Shown here in pieces: positions 18,664 through 27,200 of a stretch of 28,835 nucleotides of DNA (the first letter of the stretch is position 1; the number at the start of each line of letters is the position of its first letter). The DNA is from a virus (lineage: Duplodnaviria; Caudoviricetes). The notes beneath the pieces were generated by a model. It had not been told where the DNA came from. It saw only the letters and a list, made by a program, of their open reading frames with translations, and did not search any database. Location of the stretch: IMG/VR virus record IMGVR_UViG_3300017913_000891, positions 1 through 28,835 of that record; one strand, written 5' to 3'. Made by a program: the position numbers and the translations under genes.

Positions 18664-18714
18664 TCACCAGGGCTGTAATGGCCCTGTAAAGATAATAATA
18701 AAAAGAAGAAGACT

Positions 18715-19641
18715 ATGAAAACTGTTTTTATGATTGATGGTGGTGCAGGTAGGGCTATAGCAGCTATTCCTGCCCTCATCAAGTACTCAAAGAAAAACAA
18801 AGACTTTAGAATTATGGTTATGGGTTGGGATTCTCTGTACTGGGGTATTCCAGAACTACATGATAAAGTCTTTAACCCAGATCAAAAGGGTGCCTTTGAA
18901 CAATTCTTTATGGATGCTGATAGAGTTATTTCTCCAGAACCATACAGAGTTCCAGGGTACTACAGACAAGAAAAGTCTCTTGCTGAAGCTTTTGATTACT
19001 TAATCAATGAGACTGATGATCATTCTGATCTTGGTTCTCCTGTTCTTAAAACAAATAGAAACGAAGAGTTGCAAGCTGCTAACTTTATGCAGTCTGTCAG
19101 ACAGCAGCAACAGAAGCAGAAGACTATTGTTATACAGCCTTTTGGTAGATCTATTGAAAAACCACAAGAAGGTGTTTTGCTTGATCAGTCTTCTCGTTCT
19201 ATTAATCCAGATACGTATCTTAAATTAGCAAAGAAACTAGCAACAAAATATAACCTAGTTTTATTTGCTGAGAAAAACTTCTGGATGCCTGAAGACACAT
19301 ACACCATGAAGCCTGAAGCAGATCTTCGTATGTGGTCAGCATTTATTGATGCAGCAGATTACTTTATTGGATGTGATTCTGCAGGTCAGCACATGGCTAG
19401 AGCATTCAACAAACCTGGCACAGTAATTATAGGGTCTACGTTTGCTATAAACACTACGTACCCTAACCACTTCAACATCATAGAAAGGGATACTCCAAAA
19501 GTTTACTCACCTATTCGTATCTCAGGGCTAGAATCTCACTTGGCAGATAGAGCAAATGAAGGTACTGTAGAATTTACAGATGACGAAATAAACAAGATGT
19601 ATGCTGACATTGTAAAAGACATCGAAAAGAAGGTGAAGTAA
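18715..19641 (+). CDS. GT9-family (ADP-heptose heptosyltransferase-like) glycosyltransferase, with Arg at the catalytic-base position
   Basis: N-terminal 'GGAGRAIAAIPAL' is in register with WaaC 'SSMGDVLHTLPAL'. 'IVIQPFG' and the GT9 donor-binding signature 'ADYFIGCDSAGQHMARAFNKPGTVIIGST'. Confidence 0.85.
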   Translation: MKTVFMIDGGAGRAIAAIPALIKYSKKNKDFRIMVMGWDSLYWGIPELHDKVFNPDQKGAFEQFFMDADRVISPEPYRVPGYYRQEKSLAEAFDYLINETDDHSDLGSPVLKTNRNEELQAANFMQSVRQQQQKQKTIVIQPFGRSIEKPQEGVLLDQSSRSINPDTYLKLAKKLATKYNLVLFAEKNFWMPEDTYTMKPEADLRMWSAFIDAADYFIGCDSAGQHMARAFNKPGTVIIGSTFAINTTYPNHFNIIERDTPKVYSPIRISGLESHLADRANEGTVEFTDDEINKMYADIVKDIEKKVK

Positions 19642-19642
19642 A

Positions 19643-21358
19643 ATGAATATCCTAGCAATTAACCCAGGTCATAATGGTTCTGCTGCTTTATTAGTAGATG
19701 GTGAACTAAAGTTCTACGTTGAAGAGGAACGTCTATCTCGTAATAAATATGATGGTAACCCATTCATGGGTATCATCGAAGGACTTAAGTATGGCATAGA
19801 TGTCCTTATCCTTGGTGGGACTACTCCCCAAATGCCACAACTATTCTGGACTGGTGAAGATCCTTACAGTGCTTTAGTTCGTAAGCATAACCCAAATGTA
19901 CAAGTCCTTAATCTTGCCCACCTACATCACCTTGGTCATGCAGCAGGTGCATTCTATGCTTCAGGTTTTGAAGATGCTGCAGCAGTCATTGTAGATGGTT
20001 CTGGCAGTAGACACGAGATTCAATTCAATGAAGAGGGAGCAAAGAACCCTGGATTTGAAACTGAGAGTATTTTTAATTGTGACTATGAGGTAGGAATTAA
20101 ACCTGTATTCCAGTCGTTTGGGGGTAATCAAGATACTCAAAGATTGATTGGTGAAGAAATAGAAATGGACTCAGCAATTACTCTTGTAAAAGCTTATGAG
20201 GCTGTTTCACACTACCTTGGTTTTGGTTATATTGAAGCAGGTAAGACTATGGGTCTTGCACCTTATGGGAAGTACGATGAAATGATTCCTAGCCTATTCT
20301 TCAATGGTAGAGGAAATAAGAATGTATTTATCCCTAACTATCCTGCTGGTGCTCATATTGATCATAGTCGCCACCCCTACCTAGCTCTTACAGAAGATCC
20401 TCAGACTTGGCACACTGATCCTAGTAAAGTAACAGATGCAGCTAAAAACTTAGCTTGGGCAGTACAAGACGAAACACAGACTCTTGTAGGTGACTTGATT
20501 GAAAAAGCTGTTAAGATGACTGGCAAAAAGAACATTGTTATTGCTGGTGGTTATGGCCTTAACTGTGTAGCAAACTACTACTACAAGAAACGTTTCCCTG
20601 ACCTTAATATCTTTGTTGACCCTATTTCACATGATGGTGGAACAGCTATTGGATTGGCATACTTAGCACACTACACAGAAACTAAGGACACTACAAAACG
20701 TCCACTAAAAACTCTGTACCTTGGTCCTGAACGTGAAGAAGAGTATGACTTTGGTGATATTAAAACAGAGAAAGTAAAACCTGCTGATGTAGCAAAGCTT
20801 ATCTCTGAGAAGAATATCGTAGCTCTTTATCAAGGACGTTCTGAGGCTGGACCTCGTGCATTGGGTAATCGTTCTATTTTGTACGATCCCACAGATCCTA
20901 ATGGTAAGGATACTGTGAACAAGGTCAAAGGACGTGAGTGGTTTAGACCATTTGCTGGCTCCATGATGCAGGAGCACTTTGAGGAATGGTTCGAGACATA
21001 TGGAATGGAAGAGTCACCATTCATGATGTATGCAATGGACTTCAAGTTAGAAAAGCATGGTGAGTGTCCTGCTATCACACACGTAGATGGTACATGTCGT
21101 ATTCAGACTGTGACTAAAGAGCAGAATGAAACATACCATACTCTGATTGATGAGTTCAGAAAGATTACTGGTGTACCTATCTTGTTCAACACTAGCTTCA
21201 ACCTAGCAGGTGAGCCACTGGTAGAAACACTGGACGATGCAATGAGAACAATTAAAAACTCAGACATCAATTACTTGTATCTACCAGAGATGGGTAAGTT
21301 AATTCACTACCCTCACAATGACTCAGTAATTGAAGAAGTAAAGGAAGAGGCTGCTTAA
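19643..21358 (+). CDS. O-carbamoyltransferase, NodU/CmcH/TobZ family
   Basis: Motifs 'EEERLSRNK', 'HHLGHAAGAFY', 'DGSG', 'GKTMGLAPYG', 'AGGYGLNCVAN', 'GPRALGNRSIL', 'REWFRPFA', 'HVDGTCRIQTV', 'NTSFNLAGEPLVET'. Confidence 0.95.
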   Translation: MNILAINPGHNGSAALLVDGELKFYVEEERLSRNKYDGNPFMGIIEGLKYGIDVLILGGTTPQMPQLFWTGEDPYSALVRKHNPNVQVLNLAHLHHLGHAAGAFYASGFEDAAAVIVDGSGSRHEIQFNEEGAKNPGFETESIFNCDYEVGIKPVFQSFGGNQDTQRLIGEEIEMDSAITLVKAYEAVSHYLGFGYIEAGKTMGLAPYGKYDEMIPSLFFNGRGNKNVFIPNYPAGAHIDHSRHPYLALTEDPQTWHTDPSKVTDAAKNLAWAVQDETQTLVGDLIEKAVKMTGKKNIVIAGGYGLNCVANYYYKKRFPDLNIFVDPISHDGGTAIGLAYLAHYTETKDTTKRPLKTLYLGPEREEEYDFGDIKTEKVKPADVAKLISEKNIVALYQGRSEAGPRALGNRSILYDPTDPNGKDTVNKVKGREWFRPFAGSMMQEHFEEWFETYGMEESPFMMYAMDFKLEKHGECPAITHVDGTCRIQTVTKEQNETYHTLIDEFRKITGVPILFNTSFNLAGEPLVETLDDAMRTIKNSDINYLYLPEMGKLIHYPHNDSVIEEVKEEAA

Positions 21359-22002
21359 GGTAGCCTATCCACAAATTGAAGGAGGTTATCGAAAACCTTA
21401 GTCTTCTTTCTTAACTTCTCTTTTGAGAACTTCTTTAGCTCTCCTTCAGTGTCCACCCCATGACCAGTTCTTACTAAGATTGGGGTGGCACCAATTCTCT
21501 CAGCAGCTTTAAGGTCAGACATCTTATCACCTACATAAAAACCTTTATCCTTGAACCTAATCTTTCCACCAAATACTTCTTTCTCTGCCCTGTGAAACAT
21601 ACCTAAGTTAGGCTTGGCATATATATCTTCTTTCAATGATGATTCAGAGTAGAAGAGACCATCAATAGTGTAGATACCTGCATTACCAAAGATTTCAAAC
21701 ATACGTTGATGTACAGCTTCTACCTGCTCATGTGTTTGTAGACCTTTAATAATACCCCCCTGGTTAGTTAATATTACCACTTTGTAGCCTTTTATACGAA
21801 GCTTGTGGATAGCTGCCAGGGACTCAGGGTACACCTCAAAGTCTTCAGGGTCTGTGATGTAGTGTCCTTTATCTACGTTGATAACACCATCACGATCTAG
21901 ACCTACAATAGACTTAGGGAAGACTGTAGGCCAATCTGGTGGTAACTCTTGTTGAGGTTGTTGACTTGGTTCTTGTGTAATAATATGTTTAAATCTGGAC
22001 AT
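21355..22002 (-). CDS. gmhB: D,D-heptose 1,7-bisphosphate phosphatase (HAD IIIA)
   Basis: 'LDRDGVIN', 'TNQGG', 'KPNLGM', 'VGDKMSDLKAA', 'LVRTGHG', plus context among ADP-heptose genes. Confidence 0.9.
   Translation of the reverse strand: MSRFKHIITQEPSQQPQQELPPDWPTVFPKSIVGLDRDGVINVDKGHYITDPEDFEVYPESLAAIHKLRIKGYKVVILTNQGGIIKGLQTHEQVEAVHQRMFEIFGNAGIYTIDGLFYSESSLKEDIYAKPNLGMFHRAEKEVFGGKIRFKDKGFYVGDKMSDLKAAERIGATPILVRTGHGVDTEGELKKFSKEKLRKKTKVFDNLLQFVDRLP
21961..21989 (+). promoter_or_regulatory. Candidate sigma70 promoter for hldC-hldA-cupin-hldD, embedded in the gmhB 5' coding region
   Basis: TTGACT (21961-21966), 17 bp, TATGTT (21984-21989), 30 nt before ATG 22020. Confidence 0.5.
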
Positions 22003-22019
22003 ATTAGGATCTTTACCTC

Positions 22020-22430
22020 ATGAAGAAAGTTTTTGTTAATGGTGCATTCGATGTACTGCACTCTGGGCACCTAGATCTCCTTGATTTTGCAGGGATGTTA
22101 GGTGGTCATTTGTTAGTAGCTATTGACACAGACAGGCGTATTGAGTATAACAAGGGTACTGGGAGACCTTTTAATCCTTTGTCAATACGTAAACATATAA
22201 TGTCTATGTTGAAGCCTGTCAATAGTGTTAGAGTATTTGATACAGACGAGGACTTAGTAGAGATTATAAAAGCTTATCAGCCTGATGTAATGGTAAAAGG
22301 ATCTGATTGGAAGGGGAAGACAATACTTGGGGAGGAGTACTGTAAAGAAATAGTATTCTACGAGAGAACCAATGGGCAGTCTACCACAAAAACAATCGAA
22401 GATTTTATTACTAGGCGACAGTTGTTATGA
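22020..22430 (+). CDS. hldC: Heptose 1-phosphate adenylyltransferase (RfaE/HldE domain II, stand-alone)
   Basis: HxGH nucleotidyltransferase motif 'NGAFDVLHSGH', 'KG..RP', 'PDVMVKGSDW', 'STT'. Confidence 0.85.
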   Translation: MKKVFVNGAFDVLHSGHLDLLDFAGMLGGHLLVAIDTDRRIEYNKGTGRPFNPLSIRKHIMSMLKPVNSVRVFDTDEDLVEIIKAYQPDVMVKGSDWKGKTILGEEYCKEIVFYERTNGQSTTKTIEDFITRRQLL

Positions 22431-23130
22431 TGAATATCACACAGGCACTGTAACCAGAATAAGCCCAGAGGCACCTGTTCCTGTCTTTGATCTTACCTCA
22501 ACTGTAATCAAAAGAGGTATGGCTTACAACGTCTACAACAACCTAGTTAATCTAGGTGCTAGGGTAGACATCATAACAGAGTACAGAGAACGTAAGCACA
22601 GATACCTTGAGGATAAGACTGGTCAGCAACTGATCAGAGTAGACGAAAAGATTAAGACTGAGCACATAGATACAGCAGACGAAGACGTAAGTATGTATGA
22701 TGCTGTAGTTATCTCAGACTACAACAAAGGTTTTATAGAAGATAACGACATAAAAGATTTCAGAGCTAAGTATAATGGCCCTATCTTTGTAGATACTAAG
22801 AAGACCAACCTAGCTCAGTTTGATGGCTGCTTTGTAAAGATAAACCAGTATGAACTGGAGGCAGCAGAAACACTAACAGACGAACTAATCGTCACGTATG
22901 GCTCAAAGAAAGTCGAGTATAAGAACAGAACTTACCTACCCCCCAGTGTAGAAACTCATGATGTGTGTGGTGCAGGAGATACATTCCTTGCAGGTCTTGT
23001 ATTCAACTATCTAGATACTTATGATATAGACAAGGCTATAAAATTTGCAATGGATGCAGCAGCCATAACTGTCCAACACAGAGGAGTCTATGCTCCTACA
23101 CTAGCAGAGGTAACACAACATGAGACTTGA
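22372..23130 (+). CDS. hldA: Heptose 7-phosphate kinase (RfaE/HldE domain I, PfkB family, stand-alone)
   Basis: 'LLGD..D.Y', 'RISPEAPVPV', 'ISDYNKG', PfkB signature 'DVCGAGDTF'. Exact start codon uncertain (59-nt overlap with hldC). Confidence 0.9.
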   Translation: MGSLPQKQSKILLLGDSCYDEYHTGTVTRISPEAPVPVFDLTSTVIKRGMAYNVYNNLVNLGARVDIITEYRERKHRYLEDKTGQQLIRVDEKIKTEHIDTADEDVSMYDAVVISDYNKGFIEDNDIKDFRAKYNGPIFVDTKKTNLAQFDGCFVKINQYELEAAETLTDELIVTYGSKKVEYKNRTYLPPSVETHDVCGAGDTFLAGLVFNYLDTYDIDKAIKFAMDAAAITVQHRGVYAPTLAEVTQHET

Positions 23131-23476
23131 AGGCTTCGTTAAGAAGGGCTGGGGTTCTGAACTTATATGGGTAACAAATGACGAGTATTGTAGTAAGTTT
23201 CTATCTTTTAATACTGGTGCTAAATTCTCTATGCACTTCCACAAAGATAAGAAAGAAAGTTGGTACGTTCTATCTGGCAAGTTTGAGGTTCTTTGGATCG
23301 ACACAGAGGACGCCACCACACACGTTGAGTCCTTGGGTGAGGGCGATGCCTGGACGAATCCGACTCTTGTACCTCATCAAATCATTTGCTTAGAAGAGGG
23401 TACAATCCTAGAGGTCTCTACTCCTGATTCTGTAGAAGATAATTACAGGGTAGCAAAAGGTGACAGTCAGGCATGA
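23120..23476 (+). CDS. Cupin-fold sugar isomerase-like protein (type II PMI C-terminal / lyxose-isomerase-like)
   Basis: 'KGWGSELIW', cupin motif 1 'SMHFHKDKKESWYVLSG', motif 2 'PHQ'. GAGG RBS, overlaps both neighbours. Confidence 0.8.
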   Translation: MRLEGFVKKGWGSELIWVTNDEYCSKFLSFNTGAKFSMHFHKDKKESWYVLSGKFEVLWIDTEDATTHVESLGEGDAWTNPTLVPHQIICLEEGTILEVSTPDSVEDNYRVAKGDSQA

Positions 23477-24243
23477 AAATACTAGTCACTGGGAGTAATG
23501 GCTTCATTGGGCAAAACATGGTCAATGCCCTGTCACCATACCACGAAGTGGTAAAGAATGAGTGGGGCATGTCCTTTCCTAAAGTAAAAGGACTGGACTG
23601 GGTAATACACTTAGGAGCTATTAGCTCCACGACTGAGACAAACATCTCTCGTATATACAGACAGAATGTAGAGTTCAGTATTAAGCTGTATGAAGAGTGC
23701 ATCAAACATAACGTTAAGTTTCAGTTTGCTTCCAGTGCTTCAGTCTATGGATTAAAGTCAGACTTCAAGGAGACATCTCCTGTTGATCCTCAGAACCATT
23801 ATGCTCGTAGTAAGGCATTGTTTGAAAAGTATGTAGAGTTTAGAAATGCTGATATCACTACTCAGATATTTAGATACTTCAACGTACATGGCCCCCACGA
23901 GGAGCACAAAGGAAACCAAGCAAGCCCCTTCACCAAGTTTATGGAACAGGCTAAGACGACTGGTAAGATAAAGATCTTCAAGGGTTCTCCTAAGTATTTA
24001 AGAGACTTTATCCACGTAGGTAAAGTTGTGATGGATCATCAGAGGTTCTTTGATATAGACGAGTCAGGTATATGGAATTTTGGCACAGGTAAAACTCGTA
24101 GCTTCTACGATGTAGCCCTAGAAGTCTCAGGTAAGACTGGTGCAACTATAGAATTTATTGATTTCCCAGAGAATTTAAAAGGTAATTACCAAGAGTTTAC
24201 TAAAGCAGATACGACAAAGCTTAGGAAGACTTTATCATTATAA
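23473..24243 (+). CDS. hldD: ADP-L-glycero-D-manno-heptose 6-epimerase-like extended SDR
   Basis: 'VTGSNGFIG', 'HLGAISSTTE', 'ASSASVYG', YxxxK 'YARSK', 'RYFNVHGPHEEHKGNQAS', 'RDFIHV', 'YQEFTKAD', all matching RfaD/HldD. Confidence 0.9.
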   Translation: MKILVTGSNGFIGQNMVNALSPYHEVVKNEWGMSFPKVKGLDWVIHLGAISSTTETNISRIYRQNVEFSIKLYEECIKHNVKFQFASSASVYGLKSDFKETSPVDPQNHYARSKALFEKYVEFRNADITTQIFRYFNVHGPHEEHKGNQASPFTKFMEQAKTTGKIKIFKGSPKYLRDFIHVGKVVMDHQRFFDIDESGIWNFGTGKTRSFYDVALEVSGKTGATIEFIDFPENLKGNYQEFTKADTTKLRKTLSL

Positions 24244-24254
24244 GGTGCTAGATA

Positions 24255-27200
24255 ATGTCATCAGTAGATAAGAACAATGTAAAATCAGATAATTATGTAA
24301 ATGAGGGGGGCTTTGAAACAAGAGCCACCAACATAAATGATTTGACTCAAGCTGATATTGACTTTGTTAATTCAGTAGATACTCATGATTTTTTAGATGA
24401 TGGTAGTCTTGTTTATGTCGATAAGCAAGGTGATACACAACTTGCGTATGGGAACAATGAGCTTAACGTAGATACATCTCAGTTTAATCAAGCAGATGTA
24501 GCAGCCCTTGCAGACCTAGTTTTTCTTTCTCAGAATACTGGTGTTAATTCGACAGATATGAATGCTGCGATAGACAAACTTGGTATCACAGGGGAAAATG
24601 CTCATGAAGTTGGTCAAAAAAGGAATGCTTTGCTAGAAGCTTTTGGTTACACTCCTGGAAATAACAATCAATTTTATGGTAACAATACTGCTACAGATGT
24701 TGGGGCACAGATTCTATATGATAGACATCAAAATCAACCAACTGATCAAGACTTAATAGATGCAGGAATAGACCCAAATGTTGTAACAGTTACAAATAAC
24801 CATACTGCAAATAGCATATACTTAGCAGAAAAGCTTGCTGAACAGGGTATAGGAACCAACAATACAGCAGCAAGAATAACTACTTCAAATAGAACAGATC
24901 TTCAGAGACAACATAAAGAGCTTGAAGATATCCTAAGAGAGCAGTCTAGCCCTGATAGTTATTGGAATAGTAGGGTAGAAGCAGCAGGATCTTATGATGC
25001 AGCAGAACTAAATATTCTTGAGTGGGACTTAATTAAAAAGTTAAAAGAAAAGAAACCTGTAGATACTTCTTCAGCAGGGAAAACTGGAACTGCTTATATA
25101 GGTGGATATGGTGGAGCATCACCAGGTCAAATGACAGGTGGGGATACAGGGGGGTATGGTGGCCCACAGTTTGTTAGTAGACCTAATATAGGGGCAGTAA
25201 CTCCTGTCTATGGTGAAGGTGTCACAGGTCTAACTGAAGTAGATATTCCAACTTATGAAGAAGGTATTAGGTTACAGCAGGAAAGATTCCAAGAAAGAGC
25301 ACAAGATCAGCAAAACCTTTATAAACCACAAACACTAGTAGAACAACAAGCTGCTGGTACTGCTCCTGCATTTGAAAATGTAATGTATCGTAACAGATTT
25401 GGTATGACTATGTATGTGCAGCATATTAATGGTGTGCCTAGTCAACCTATTCCCCCTGGTTATTATAGAGTTCAAGGTTTTGGGACTGAAGCTCAGACAC
25501 AGGGTGGATCTACTGCTGCTGCAGCACAAGGTCAAAACCAAGGTGGTGTGATCCAAGGGTTTAATCCAGGGGGTACAGTAAACCCTGCCCTAAATTATCA
25601 ACCTGGTGGTACTGTTGTACAAGCTGCTGATGGTACTTACAAGATTAAGTACCCTGATGGAACATACTCTCAGGCGTATGACACTGCAATGAATGCTAAA
25701 GCTGCTAATGATGCAGGTCTTTCTGGGCTAGGTCTACCTAGTTATAGTGACTATCTACAGCAGCAAGGCATAGATATGAACCTCCCAGGGTATGATGCGA
25801 CTGCATACCAAGATGCATATCAGTCTTACATTACTGATCCTACAACACTACAGAATATTCAAGACCAACAGGCTGCAGCAGACGCTACTAGTCAGTCACC
25901 AGAAACTGGTTCTATTAATGCAGAGTTACCAGCAGGACAAATGGATGTCAGTGCAGAAGGTTTAGCACAGGCACAGAGAGACTTAGTTGCACAATCAACT
26001 GTAGCCCCTGGAGGGGCTGTAGCTGCTTCTCCTGTGTCTTATATTGACCCTAATGTGTATGGCTCTGTTATTGAATCTACTGCAGGTCAGGCACTTGCTG
26101 CAGCACCTATGGTACAATCTGACGAAGTAGCTCAAATTGGTTCTGTTACAACTGCTGATACACCACAAAAGATTGGTGCAGGGCAGGTCACAGCTAATCA
26201 AGCATATTCAGACGTTCAACAAGCAACTGAAGGTATGACACCAGCACAGCTTGCTCAAAAAGAAGGTTTTACTGCTGCTCAACAACAGGGAACATCAGTG
26301 TCAGGTCTTACCTCTTCTGCAGGTGAATCTGTAGATGTTACTGGTGCACCTACTCGTACCCAACAAACTGGGGAAATGGTTACTGGTACTGGTGTAGATC
26401 AGGCAAGAGTAGGTGAAGCATTCGGTACTGGTGAAGTACAGGCTGCATCTGTCCAAGGTGAACTAGCTAACCTGATGTCTCAGTTTGAAGGTGGTGAAAC
26501 ACCTGCTTGGGCTGCAGGTTCTATGAGGGCTGCATCACAGATGCTTGCTGCTAGAGGTCTAGGTGCTTCAAGTATGGCAGGACAAGCAGTCATTCAGGCT
26601 GCTATGGAAGCTGCTCTACCTATCGCTCAGATTGATGCCAGCAACAAACAACAGGTTGCCCTATTTAAAGCAGAGCAAAGAGCTAAGTTCTTGCAAATGG
26701 ACTTTGATCAAGCATTCCAAGCTAAGGTAATGAATGCTGCTAAGGTCTCTGAGATTGCTAACATGAACTTCACTGCTGACCAGCAGATTGCTTTAGAAAA
26801 CTCTAAAGCTGCAAACACAATGGAGTTGCAGAACTTAAGCAATGAACAAGCCTTAATCATGGCAGAGGCTGCTGCTCTATCTCAAATGGACACTCAGAAT
26901 CTGAACAATAGGCAACAGGCTGCAGTTCAGAATGCTCAGAATTTCTTACAGATAGACATGGCTAATTTGAATAATGCTCAACAGACAGCTATGTTTAAAC
27001 AACAGTCTTTGATAAACAGCATCTTGTCTGATCAGGCTGCAGCTAATGCTGCTCAACAGTTCAATGCTACATCAGAAAACCAAACTAACCAATTCTTTGC
27101 TAACCTTGCAGCTTCAGTCAATCAGTTCAATGCAGCACAGATGAATGCTATGAAACAGTTCAATGCTGATGAAGTGAATGCTCTACTGGAGTTTAATGCA

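Noticed and set aside
18668-18686. Hairpin as an intrinsic terminator for the tail genes
   Set aside because: No U-tract follows on the + strand. It sits just after a promoter-like sequence, so a 5' stabilising hairpin (or a - strand terminator) is more likely.
18715-24243. Host LPS-core locus, i.e. prophage boundary or chimeric contig
   Set aside because: It is flanked on both sides by tightly packed virion genes and appears to share their codon style and CpG-context bias. The enzymes are compact variants. Host LPS modification (superinfection exclusion) is not excluded but is less parsimonious.
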